Of a stretch of DNA of 64,000 nucleotides, positions 17,411 to 26,737 are shown piece by piece. Position numbers and translations under genes: made by a program. Position 1 is the first letter of the stretch. Every line of letters begins with the position of its first letter. Under the pieces are notes generated by a model. The model was not told where the DNA came from, ran no database searches, and saw only the letters and a list, made by a program, of their open reading frames with translations. This DNA is from a virus (Duplodnaviria > Caudoviricetes): the IMG/VR virus record IMGVR_UViG_3300043395_004688; one strand, written 5' to 3'.

Positions 17411-19115
17411 AAGTCTATTACATTCAGCTAGGCCAAAATTTTGGGCGTGGCTAATTGTTGCGCTGTTTTTGTCTGCGATGTCTAAATGTGCGTTGGCACA
17501 AACAACTTTCGTAGACTTGCAATTTGGCCGTTATCAAATTGCCGACAGCCAATGGAATGTCAGTGCCTGTACTGGAACAACAACCTGTCAAATTTATGCT
17601 ACAAATCCAGGTACCATGTATAAAATTCCCTGGACCACTGGACAATGGTCTTGGCAAACAGGACAATATGTAAAGTTTGAAGCCAGTGGTAATGCCAATT
17701 TTCCATGGACTGCAAAAGTTTATAACAGCAACGGTACAGTAGCAGGCGTCATTGGTACTGGTAAGGTTATCAACATGGGAACAGATGCCAATGGTAAGTC
17801 ATTTTTCTTTTTCATGGGCAGCGATAACGACACTGGCCAACTGTTCAGTACCAACACTGGCCTAACAGGTACAGGCGGTTACACCTGGACTGGTACCCGA
17901 AATCCAACTACCACACAGCTAAACACATTTGCGTCAACGGGTTCTACTACTCCATTGGCGTCTGGACAAACCTACACCAGCGCACCAACACCTACCCCTA
18001 CACCAATTTATAACAATAATGTCACAGCTGGCGCAGCAATCTACATTACCAACCACTATCCTACCAGTAACAACAGCCCAGCAGGCGAAGGTGCGGCAAA
18101 TGCATTTGACAACAATCCCAACACCAAGTACTTGAACTTTGACAAGTATAATGCTGGTGTTACTGTAAAACTAAACTCTGGCCGTGCTGTTACTGCATTT
18201 AAATTGACCACAGCCAATGATTTTCCAGGCCGAGATCCTACCAGTTATAAACTTTATGGCAGCAATGACGGTGTAAACTGGACGCTGATCCAGCAAGGTA
18301 GTTTAAGTCTTAGCAACACTAGATTTTGGACCAGCCCTGAAATTCCAGTGACCAATGCCACTGCTTATGCTTATTATTATATTTTCTTTCCAACAACCAA
18401 AGCCGGCGACGGATGCGGTCTAGATTGTAACAGTATGCAGATTGCAGAAATCACCTACATATATGATTCCAGTAGTACAACAACATCAACTGCATCCGGA
18501 TCAACTGTGTCCAATCCTGGAAGTCTTTGCTGTGGCGGAAGCTCTGCGCCATTTAGTGCTGACGCCACTAACACAGCCAAGGTCAATGCCTTTTTGGGTC
18601 GCACTACCAATGACAGCAAGGTGCGAATTGAGCAGATAGGCAACTATAATACCATTACCGTTCAGCAAACTGGTACTCGACAAAATTATACCGAGTATTA
18701 TGGAAATGGGTCTGGCAATACAGTTAACGTTACCCAATCTGGCACAGCCAACACACAAGTCAATTACACAGATCTTAGAGTACTGGGCAGTAATAATACT
18801 GTAAACATAACTCAACAAAGCACTGGTGGTGGCAAAGGAGTGTTTGCCACAGTCAATGATAACAATAACTCTTTGACTATTCAGCAACGAGATTCTGGCA
18901 GTCACTATGCCGAAGTAACACTCAGCGGTGGAAACAAAAGTGTGGACATTACTCAGCAAGGTAGTGCCAGTCATATGGCCAAAATCAACCTAAGTGGATT
19001 GCCACAAGAACTCATTCTCACTCAAAGTGGCAGTACTCAACAGTTTTACTCCATTACCAGTAACTGTGCCACAGCAGGTGGATGTGCTAGGATCACAGTG
19101 AACCAAGGACAGTGA
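17403..19115 (+). CDS. Secreted protein with discoidin/F5-8C-like domain and C-terminal curlin repeats
   Basis: Signal peptide; EGAANAFDNNPNTKY...YKLYGSNDGVNWT...MQIAEI; C-terminal Q.G..N repeats. Confidence 0.75.
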   Translation: MIKSLLHSARPKFWAWLIVALFLSAMSKCALAQTTFVDLQFGRYQIADSQWNVSACTGTTTCQIYATNPGTMYKIPWTTGQWSWQTGQYVKFEASGNANFPWTAKVYNSNGTVAGVIGTGKVINMGTDANGKSFFFFMGSDNDTGQLFSTNTGLTGTGGYTWTGTRNPTTTQLNTFASTGSTTPLASGQTYTSAPTPTPTPIYNNNVTAGAAIYITNHYPTSNNSPAGEGAANAFDNNPNTKYLNFDKYNAGVTVKLNSGRAVTAFKLTTANDFPGRDPTSYKLYGSNDGVNWTLIQQGSLSLSNTRFWTSPEIPVTNATAYAYYYIFFPTTKAGDGCGLDCNSMQIAEITYIYDSSSTTTSTASGSTVSNPGSLCCGGSSAPFSADATNTAKVNAFLGRTTNDSKVRIEQIGNYNTITVQQTGTRQNYTEYYGNGSGNTVNVTQSGTANTQVNYTDLRVLGSNNTVNITQQSTGGGKGVFATVNDNNNSLTIQQRDSGSHYAEVTLSGGNKSVDITQQGSASHMAKINLSGLPQELILTQSGSTQQFYSITSNCATAGGCARITVNQGQ

Positions 19116-19123
19116 TCCAGGAT

Positions 19124-19152
19124 TTGACTTCGCTAAGTACTTCCGTTACAAT
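19124..19152 (+). promoter_or_regulatory. sigma70-type promoter
   Basis: TTGACT-17 nt-TACAAT upstream of the cyclase; SD GAGG. Confidence 0.65.
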
Positions 19153-19174
19153 GTTCTAGCGAGGTAAAATTCAC

Positions 19175-21220
19175 ATGAAAAAGTACTTAAAAATGATACC
19201 CAGTGTATGGAGTGTGACCTGGGTGGCTGTTACTGCCGCTTTGTTAATCTGGCTCAAGATATCAAATCCGGCAGCAGTACAAAGTCTACAGCTCAAGGGC
19301 TTTGATACTTTGTTAAGCAGTGAAACAGTCACTGCCAGTGATGAAGTTGTGGTCATTAACATCGGCGAGCCCAGCATGGCACGACTTGGTCAATGGCCCT
19401 GGGACCGCAGAGAAATAGCACAGGCCATCAAGCGCATACAAGAACTTGGTGCAGGCGCCATTGTTGTTCCTATCCTCATGACAGAAAAGGACAGGTTAGG
19501 CGGTGATGCTGAATTGGCACAGGCGCTGAATCGAGCTCCTAGTGTTATTGCACAAACACCTACCACACAAAACAAAAAGCCCGACGCTGTTCGTCGTGGC
19601 GTTGCTGTCATGGGCGGCGATCCTTATATTTGGTTGTTTAACTGGCCCGGCGCACTGAGTCCAAGACCTGAGCTGGCGCAGAGTGCCCGAGGTGTTGGTA
19701 CCACTGTTGCGGCACCCGAAGTAGACGGTGTTGTTCGTCGTATGCCATTGGTAGTCACAGTAAACAAAGAATACTATCCAAGTTTGCCGCTTGAAGCACT
19801 TCGTGTGTACACCGGCGAGCAAAGCTATCAAATGAAAATGACCGAAGCTGGTGTAGAAAAAGTACGCATTGCTGGTCAACCTATTGTAGACACTGATGCC
19901 AATGGCCGTGTATGGCTACGCTGGAACAAGGAATTTGCCAGCTACGAGCTGGGAGATCTTAGTCGCAGAGACCTTGACCTCAAAGGCAAAATTGTAGTGC
20001 TGGGGTTGGCAGTAGAAGGACTTGGCGGTATCATTGCCACACCTCGTGGCGAAACATGGGCACATAATTTACAAGCACAAGCTATTCAAACACTGATCGA
20101 CGGCGAAAGTCCTGTGCGTTTGGCCTGGGCTAACTTGGTTGAGCTTTTGGTCATTGTGCTGATTGCAGCCATTGTTATTTTTGCCATGCCTAGAGTACCA
20201 ATTTGGGCAGCAGCTTTGGTTCTTGCAGGCCTAGTGTTTGGAACAGTACAAGGTGGTATGTACCTATGGACGACCTACAGTCAGCTATGGGATATGTACT
20301 ATGTTGTATTTGCCGCAGTTGTGCTGTATGGACACGCACTATTTGCAAGATTTGTTGTGGAGTTCAAACAAAAACAACAGATCAAAAAGCAGTTTGGCAC
20401 TTACCTAAGTCCGGCCTTGGTTGCCAAATTACAAAAGAATCCAGAACTACTACAACTAGGCGGCGATGAACGCGAACTATCTATTATGTTCACTGATGTA
20501 CGAGGCTTTACCACAATCTCTGAACACTATGGCAAAGATGTACAAGGCTTAACCAAGATCATGAACCGTTACATGACTGCAATGACTCGCAAAATCATTG
20601 ACAACAACGGCACGCTAGACAAGTACATTGGTGATGCACAAATGGCATTTTGGAACGCACCTGTGGACGAACCCAGGCATGCACACCAGGCTGTTAAGAC
20701 AGCACTGGAAATGATGGGAAGTTTAGATGCATTTAATGCAGAAATTGCGGCAGAAGGCGTACCACCTTTTGGTATGGGTCTTGGCATTAATACTGCCTCC
20801 GTTGTTGTGGGTAACATGGGCAGCGATCAGCGTTTTGATTACACTTGTCTTGGCGACGGTGTTAATTTGGCGTCAAGACTCGAGGGCCAGTCTAAGCCGT
20901 ATGGTGTCAAGATTATTCTAGGACAGCGTACAGCAGAGCTTGTGCGAGACGAATATCCAGTGGTTGAGCTAGACTGCATTGCTGTAAAAGGTAAGACACA
21001 GGGTGTAAAAATCTATACCTTGGGCAAGACTAACCCCACACAGCACGATATATATTTGACAGCTTATTATCGTGGAGATTGGACTCGCGCTATTAAATCA
21101 TGTGAGAAACTTATCAAAGAAGATAACGAATTGCGCCAATATTATGAAAATATGCTGGAGCGCATGAATGAAGGGCTACCACCAAATTGGGACGGTACCT
21201 ATAGAGCCACAAGCAAATGA
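19175..21220 (+). CDS. CHASE2-domain class III adenylate/guanylate cyclase
   Basis: CHASE2 WPWDR and DGVVRRMPL; TM helices; FTDVRGFT, DKYIGDAQMAFWNAP, GDGVNLASRLEG. Confidence 0.92.
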   Translation: MKKYLKMIPSVWSVTWVAVTAALLIWLKISNPAAVQSLQLKGFDTLLSSETVTASDEVVVINIGEPSMARLGQWPWDRREIAQAIKRIQELGAGAIVVPILMTEKDRLGGDAELAQALNRAPSVIAQTPTTQNKKPDAVRRGVAVMGGDPYIWLFNWPGALSPRPELAQSARGVGTTVAAPEVDGVVRRMPLVVTVNKEYYPSLPLEALRVYTGEQSYQMKMTEAGVEKVRIAGQPIVDTDANGRVWLRWNKEFASYELGDLSRRDLDLKGKIVVLGLAVEGLGGIIATPRGETWAHNLQAQAIQTLIDGESPVRLAWANLVELLVIVLIAAIVIFAMPRVPIWAAALVLAGLVFGTVQGGMYLWTTYSQLWDMYYVVFAAVVLYGHALFARFVVEFKQKQQIKKQFGTYLSPALVAKLQKNPELLQLGGDERELSIMFTDVRGFTTISEHYGKDVQGLTKIMNRYMTAMTRKIIDNNGTLDKYIGDAQMAFWNAPVDEPRHAHQAVKTALEMMGSLDAFNAEIAAEGVPPFGMGLGINTASVVVGNMGSDQRFDYTCLGDGVNLASRLEGQSKPYGVKIILGQRTAELVRDEYPVVELDCIAVKGKTQGVKIYTLGKTNPTQHDIYLTAYYRGDWTRAIKSCEKLIKEDNELRQYYENMLERMNEGLPPNWDGTYRATSK

Positions 21221-21228
21221 GAAAATAA

Positions 21229-21468
21229 ATGTCACAGTTTGATGAATTAGAAATAAAAATTAATCAAGTAGTTGAAGAAATTCTAGACATTAAAATTGTC
21301 AATATTCATACTGGTTTCAGTGACATGGATATTGACAGCCTTAGTGCTGTTGAATTAATAATGGCCTGGGAAGATAAGTTTGGCATTGAAATCACCGATG
21401 ACGAAGCCGACGCAATTAAAAATATGGAAATGGCTTACAAAATTCTAAAACCAAAAATTCTAAATTAA
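21229..21468 (+). CDS. acpP: Acyl carrier protein
   Basis: 79 aa, acidic; DSLSAVEL phosphopantetheine site; EDKFGIEITDDEA. Confidence 0.88.
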   Translation: MSQFDELEIKINQVVEEILDIKIVNIHTGFSDMDIDSLSAVELIMAWEDKFGIEITDDEADAIKNMEMAYKILKPKILN

Positions 21469-21469
21469 A

Positions 21470-22192
21470 ATGGGAGCAAAGAATTTACTCAGGATGGATC
21501 CTTACAGCGATGCTGTGGCCAATCCTGAGTATTTTTATCCACTGGCATTACGCATGGAAGTCAGTGAAAAACAAAAATTTATTCAATACGTAAATCAAAC
21601 CTTTCAAAAACAAACAGCGCAGGGACAAGAACTAGTAAGTCCTGCTGCCGATGTAAAAAAATTCTTTCCTCTCACACATCAAAATACCAATGAATTTTTA
21701 AAGCCATTGGGCATTGAGTGTCGCAATTTTACTTTATTTGTCAGCGGCGCCAATGGCGAAAATCTAAACCCTCATGTGGATGGCACTCGTTTGCCTTCGG
21801 GTGAAAGTGTCATGCTGGAAGCTCGCCTAAGCTACTATGAGTTGGCATCAAGCCCGGGCGTTATTCGTTGGTGGAATGTGCCTGTTGATGATCTGGTAGC
21901 ATACGAACGAGAAAGCCATGGAGTTTATCACAACCACTGGAATGTGCCTTGGTATCAAGATCTAGTGGAAGGGCGTAAAACTTGGGCAGACTGTCCAGAT
22001 TTTGACTTTGAAACTGCCAGTAATGTGTCCAGTGCGCTATTGAGAACAAATAGACCACATCTGGTGCTACAAGGACCTGGGCGTCGAATTACAGTGAGTG
22101 CTCAACTGGTGTGGTCACACACAAAAAGTCCTCAGGGTGTTTGGCAACACATTGTGGACAATTTCCGCTTATTGGGTTCTCAGTTTGGCTAG
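21470..22192 (+). CDS. Hypothetical protein, possible DSBH/2OG-Fe(II) oxygenase fold
   Basis: PHVDG ... PHLV...RRIT (HxD...H...R). Confidence 0.4.
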   Translation: MGAKNLLRMDPYSDAVANPEYFYPLALRMEVSEKQKFIQYVNQTFQKQTAQGQELVSPAADVKKFFPLTHQNTNEFLKPLGIECRNFTLFVSGANGENLNPHVDGTRLPSGESVMLEARLSYYELASSPGVIRWWNVPVDDLVAYERESHGVYHNHWNVPWYQDLVEGRKTWADCPDFDFETASNVSSALLRTNRPHLVLQGPGRRITVSAQLVWSHTKSPQGVWQHIVDNFRLLGSQFG

Positions 22193-22876
22193 TCCTAATA
22201 GGCACAACAGTCGTATATACAACCAGCCAATATCAAACTCAAACCAGCGACGACTTAGTCTAGGGTTAGCAGGATCCAAATGATGGTTATTATGCAGGCA
22301 TTCGCCACCAATAATAACGCCCCAAGGACTAAGGTTTCTACTGTGATCGCGAGTTTCGCCATTTCTATACCCCCACCAGTGTCCTAGACCATTGATAACA
22401 CCAGCGGCCCAGAATGGTATCCAAATCATTTGAACAGCCCATATCAGCAGTCCCCACCAAGAAAACCATAGTAAATTTACAAGCAATAGCAAAGTAATTC
22501 CCAACCGTGAATATCGGCTGTAAAGATTGCGTTCTATCCAATCGTCAGGAGTTCCGCGACCATATTGTTCAAGCATTGCTGTGTCTTTGGTTGCGCGATT
22601 GTAAAGTAATGCGCCAGTGGTCAATACCGTTTTGATACCAAACACATGTGGACTGTGCGGATCACCTTCTTGGTCGCTGAATCTATGATGTTTACGGTGA
22701 GCAGCTACCCATTCTCTGGTGACCATACCAGTTGTGAGCCATAGCCAAAAACGCATGACATGACTTACTACCGGATGAAAGCTCACGCCTAGGTGCGCTT
22801 GGCTGCGGTGTAGATATAGTGTAACACAAATTATGGTGAGGTGTGTGACTACAAGGGTGTAGATTAATAGCGCCAT
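22169..22876 (-). CDS. Membrane fatty-acid desaturase (delta-9/DesC-like)
   Basis: Three His boxes HRSQAH, HRKHH, HNNHH; TM segments; FDIGW. Confidence 0.9.
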   Translation of the reverse strand: MALLIYTLVVTHLTIICVTLYLHRSQAHLGVSFHPVVSHVMRFWLWLTTGMVTREWVAAHRKHHRFSDQEGDPHSPHVFGIKTVLTTGALLYNRATKDTAMLEQYGRGTPDDWIERNLYSRYSRLGITLLLLVNLLWFSWWGLLIWAVQMIWIPFWAAGVINGLGHWWGYRNGETRDHSRNLSPWGVIIGGECLHNNHHLDPANPRLSRRWFEFDIGWLYIRLLCLLGLAKLRTQ

Positions 22877-22889
22877 TGAGTATAGTTAG

Positions 22890-23243
22890 TTAACTTTCGC
22901 CGGCGGCTGCGGTCTTTTTATCTTCATTGTCCACTGCCTTTTTAAATTTGGCTTCAGCTTCGCTGTCAACTTTTTGGGCTTCTAGCACACGCTCACTTTC
23001 AATGATCTTGCCGCGTAGGTGTAGTGTAGTGTTGACCTTTTGTTGTAAACGAATAAGATCGTTGTCTAACATGCGAATACGGTCAATGAGAGCAATCAAG
23101 GTAGTGTTGGCTTCTCCTAGTACGGGCTTGATTTCCTTGGTAGCCCAAATCCACACATAGTATACCAAATAACCCATGCCGCCGGCGGCGATCACAGGAA
23201 ATCCGTATTTGTTAATCATTTCAGCGATATTGCCTACATCCAT
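22890..23243 (-). CDS. Membrane-anchored coiled-coil protein
   Basis: YGFPVIAAGGMGYLVYYVW TM; LIDRIRMLDNDLIRL; paralogue of 23989..24270. Confidence 0.7.
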   Translation of the reverse strand: MDVGNIAEMINKYGFPVIAAGGMGYLVYYVWIWATKEIKPVLGEANTTLIALIDRIRMLDNDLIRLQQKVNTTLHLRGKIIESERVLEAQKVDSEAEAKFKKAVDNEDKKTAAAGES

Positions 23244-23254
23244 TTTATTGCTCC

Positions 23255-23674
23255 TTAATCCTTGGTACCCAGCACATGATCAGTTTCATCGTCAACTCGT
23301 GGACAAACAGATCCCCAGGTTAATAAAAATTCTAATAATTCTGGACCGTAGGGTATCCAGAATCTTGTGCGATTTAAATGCACTTCAGCACGAATATTAT
23401 TTCGTCTGAGCCAATTAATTACTTCAACAAACTCGTCACTGCGTGTGTATACAGCAAACTGATAAAGTTTATTGTTATTTTCTTTTATTTCAGTGGCATG
23501 TTCAGTGATCATTGCTGTAAGCGAATCAACTTTTACCAAGGCCTTGCGATTTTCGTTAATATCTACCACTTTCCAAAAGTCACCGGTTTTCCAATGCAGT
23601 CGATCGGTATTTAATTCAGCATCAGGTATCATTGCTGTAGGTGTTAAATCCCAATGGTAGTCAACGTATAACAT
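23255..23674 (-). CDS. Hypothetical two-domain protein; C-terminal half resembles the 38-41 kb family
   Basis: VINWLRRNN...RFWIPYGPELLEFLLTWG. Confidence 0.55.
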   Translation of the reverse strand: MLYVDYHWDLTPTAMIPDAELNTDRLHWKTGDFWKVVDINENRKALVKVDSLTAMITEHATEIKENNNKLYQFAVYTRSDEFVEVINWLRRNNIRAEVHLNRTRFWIPYGPELLEFLLTWGSVCPRVDDETDHVLGTKD

Positions 23675-23838
23675 TAGAAAATCAGAGCTCCAACTAAAAA
23701 TCCAAAAGCAAAAGCAATGAACGCAGTTTTATATAAGTCGCTGTCATACCAAATTGGCTGTGACTTCAGATATTCCTGGGTGTGTTTAGGCAAACTGTCC
23801 CACCACTTATCATATTTGCTTTCTTGAAATATTTTCAT
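23674..23838 (-). CDS. Small membrane protein
   Basis: Start MKIFQES by ATGA overlap; C-terminal TM. Confidence 0.55.
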   Translation of the reverse strand: MKIFQESKYDKWWDSLPKHTQEYLKSQPIWYDSDLYKTAFIAFAFGFLVGALIF

Positions 23839-23987
23839 TTTATTTCTTTCCAAACGCCCCAAGGATCCCATACTTTCTTTTCAAGGACCCGGGGCTCTCG
23901 ATAATACCAGTAAGCAACCGAAATCAATACAGCACATTCAATAAAATAAAAAACCATGAATGCTTCAAAGAGCAAACTGGTGTTCAT
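23835..23987 (-). CDS. Small membrane protein
   Basis: Start MNTSLLF immediately after the upstream stop; one TM. Confidence 0.5.
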   Translation of the reverse strand: MNTSLLFEAFMVFYFIECAVLISVAYWYYREPRVLEKKVWDPWGVWKEIK

Positions 23988-23988
23988 A

Positions 23989-24270
23989 TCAGTCGCGACG
24001 AGCGTCATTTTTACCGTCTGCTCTTGCAATACGGTCTACATCGGGTTTGAGTCCTAGTGCATTGCTGACCACTGTGTCAATGCGAATCACATCATGATTC
24101 ATGGTTTTAACACGGTTGTCCAAGGCTCCAATGATGCCCTTGATGCCATTAACACTACTGGTGACACCAGCTAGAATAAATTTCAGCGTTAAAAATACAA
24201 AATAGCCTGCGGCAATAGCAGCCGCAATTGGGAAGCCGACTTCGGCTACTAATTTTAGAAATTCTCCCAT
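23989..24270 (-). CDS. Membrane-anchored coiled-coil protein
   Basis: SD AGGAG; VGFPIAAAIAAGYFVF TM; LDNRVKTMNHDVIRI. Confidence 0.7.
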   Translation of the reverse strand: MGEFLKLVAEVGFPIAAAIAAGYFVFLTLKFILAGVTSSVNGIKGIIGALDNRVKTMNHDVIRIDTVVSNALGLKPDVDRIARADGKNDARRD

Positions 24271-24374
24271 CTTGGGTCTCCTGTTGATAATATACACATA
24301 TTTAAAACCATTGGCTTCATTTATTAACACTAACGATTATGATAAGTAAAGTAGTCAGTTAGTGTTACCAAAAG

Positions 24375-24382
24375 AATAAATA
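24375..24382 (+). promoter_or_regulatory. T4-late-like promoter motif
   Basis: AATAAATA 4 nt before the ATG at 24387. Confidence 0.55.
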
Positions 24383-24386
24383 CTCG

Positions 24387-25250
24387 ATGCGATTTAGACA
24401 GATTATTACCACTGAAGAAGCCGACGCTACCTCCACTACATCTGGAGACATTGCGTCCGTTTCTTACCCCTTATTTGTTGCAGGGCGCACACGCAGACAG
24501 CGTAGACGCAATGCTCGTAGAGCAGTTGGCCAGGCTGCAGATTCAGCACCCAGCTATATTGGTAAGGGAGTATATGAGCAGGCCACTACTGAAGCACATA
24601 CTCTAAACAGCGACAATGTAATCTATCGCTTGGATCGTGAAGATCCAATGAATGCATCAGAAGTTTTGGTACTGGGCGGCGCAGGCCGCTACAGTCTTGC
24701 TGGACTAAGAGACAAAGCTCGCAGAGAAGCGCAGGCATTGGCAGCTGATCTAGAAAGCAATCATGGCAGCAGTTTTCGTGGTGCTGCCCATAATATCAAA
24801 CAATTAACCAATACCTTAAATACTATCGTTGCTGCCTACAATGAACTTGGTCGTATTCGTAGCCGTGGCGGACGCGGCAGCAGAGGCATCACCGACGAAG
24901 ATGCAAATTTCATAAGAGAATGCTTGGGCATTGCTGAACAATGGACACAGCGTTACATTGCTGAAAACGGACGAGATCCTGGTGAGCCAATTCCTTATCC
25001 GGCTGGTACAACCAAGGTTGATGTAAGTGACACTACAGATTGGTATAGATTGGGTCTGGAAATCAGTGACCTTGATGACGCAGAGCCCGGTGATTTTAAT
25101 CAAGGGCCGCCTCAGACTGTGATTACTTTTGCCAGCGACGAAACGGAGCAACCCTATCTTAAACAATTTAAGCGACTAGGCTTTGATGTACACGATATCG
25201 ATGAGCCAGAGAGCAAGAAAGAATTTTCAAAACAGGAAAAGAAATCATGA
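24387..25250 (+). CDS. Modular hypothetical protein, putative head cargo
   Basis: MRFRQIITTEE leader; VYE, TTE and IAE linkers between short modules. Confidence 0.6.
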   Translation: MRFRQIITTEEADATSTTSGDIASVSYPLFVAGRTRRQRRRNARRAVGQAADSAPSYIGKGVYEQATTEAHTLNSDNVIYRLDREDPMNASEVLVLGGAGRYSLAGLRDKARREAQALAADLESNHGSSFRGAAHNIKQLTNTLNTIVAAYNELGRIRSRGGRGSRGITDEDANFIRECLGIAEQWTQRYIAENGRDPGEPIPYPAGTTKVDVSDTTDWYRLGLEISDLDDAEPGDFNQGPPQTVITFASDETEQPYLKQFKRLGFDVHDIDEPESKKEFSKQEKKS

Positions 25251-26737
25251 TTCGAATTCAATTAATACATGAAGGCCGAGTAGTTAAGCAAATTAGCAGT
25301 CGCCTGCATGAAAGCGTTATTCTTGAACAGGTAAAACGCTACCAAGACCCCGTTGACACAATTGTTATTGTGGAAGGTCAACTCAGCGAAGACGCCAAAG
25401 GCGTTTTAAAACATGTGGCCAAGAAGATTATTCCAGCTGCGATGGCTGCTGGTATTGCTCTTGGTGGTGCAGGGTCAGCACAAGCACAGGGTGGTGCTAA
25501 TCCACACTATCCAGGACTTAATCACAGCGTTGGATCAGTACTCAGTGATATCTTTAGTCCTAACTATCGTGAACGAGTTCGTCAGCGTGATTTTGAAAGA
25601 GAAACACAGCGCAGAGAGTGGAATGCTCAAGCACAAGTAGATCGTCAAGCCCGAGTCGATGCGGCTCGCCAGAGTGCTCGCCAGCAAGTAGGTGCTAGTA
25701 GTGTTAAGATTTATGATCAAGCAAGACTCAGTCAAGATGGCAAATCTTATATTCTATACGACATGGAAAATCGTGTTACTCGTATTCCAGTACAGGGCAC
25801 AGAATTTATGAATGGTGACAGTCAGCGTTTACCTCACTACATCACACGCAACGGCTCAGTTTATTATGTGCGCCATGCTGCCGCAGCTCAGCCCTTGCGT
25901 CAAAGTCAATTCAGCGAAGACATTGGTACTGTTGGAACTATACCAGCAGCTGGTACCGCAGGCAAAACAGAATTCGCCAAGACAGGCAGTACTACTGCAA
26001 CAAAGTTTAACAACAAAGGTCAACTTGAACTAGACACAGCAGAGCTAGACGATGAAGCCATTGCGGCGTTGAAAAAAGCCGGTGTTGAAATCAAAGAAGC
26101 CAACAGTTCAGAACTTGCTGCTATTCTTGATGCACATCCTGAAGCAGTCAAGGCCTTTAAGGAAGGCGGTGACCTTTCAGATTTTCCAGATTTTTATGAT
26201 GAACTTTTTGAATACTACTTCAACGAAATGCCTTATGGTGTTGCCAAGGCACGCGACGGTGACCCAATTAATTGGATTTCAGATCGATTACAGTCAGAGC
26301 TAGACCTGCATCAGCCCATGGAAGCTCGTGCCGACGACGAAGACATGGACCCAGATGCTGCTACTGCCACTGACCAAGCCACTGCTGATAAAAACATCGT
26401 CATGCAGATCAGAAAAGCCGCAGACTATGAAAAACCAATGGCATTGAGTTTGGGTGATGGTAGTACACAGAAAATTGATGCTTTGCTGGCCAAGAAAATT
26501 TTAGGTCTATTTGATGGCCTTAAACCACAAAGCAAAGAACTTATGCAAAACATGCTGAACACAAAAGAAGGCTTTGCCAAGATCATTGGTCACATCAATG
26601 AACAAGAAGTAAAAGAAAGCCTAGCCGAAGTTGACCAAATTGCCAATGGCATGACGCCGGTTTTGGAAATAACTAAACAAGCAAAAATTCGGGCTCGTAG
26701 CATTATAAATGCAGCCTATGCACAAGCGAGTGAATGA
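25247..26737 (+). CDS. Modular hypothetical protein, putative head cargo
   Basis: MIRIQLIHE leader; LHE, LSE, FSE, IKE, PME, INE, VKE and LAE linkers. Confidence 0.6.
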   Translation: MIRIQLIHEGRVVKQISSRLHESVILEQVKRYQDPVDTIVIVEGQLSEDAKGVLKHVAKKIIPAAMAAGIALGGAGSAQAQGGANPHYPGLNHSVGSVLSDIFSPNYRERVRQRDFERETQRREWNAQAQVDRQARVDAARQSARQQVGASSVKIYDQARLSQDGKSYILYDMENRVTRIPVQGTEFMNGDSQRLPHYITRNGSVYYVRHAAAAQPLRQSQFSEDIGTVGTIPAAGTAGKTEFAKTGSTTATKFNNKGQLELDTAELDDEAIAALKKAGVEIKEANSSELAAILDAHPEAVKAFKEGGDLSDFPDFYDELFEYYFNEMPYGVAKARDGDPINWISDRLQSELDLHQPMEARADDEDMDPDAATATDQATADKNIVMQIRKAADYEKPMALSLGDGSTQKIDALLAKKILGLFDGLKPQSKELMQNMLNTKEGFAKIIGHINEQEVKESLAEVDQIANGMTPVLEITKQAKIRARSIINAAYAQASE

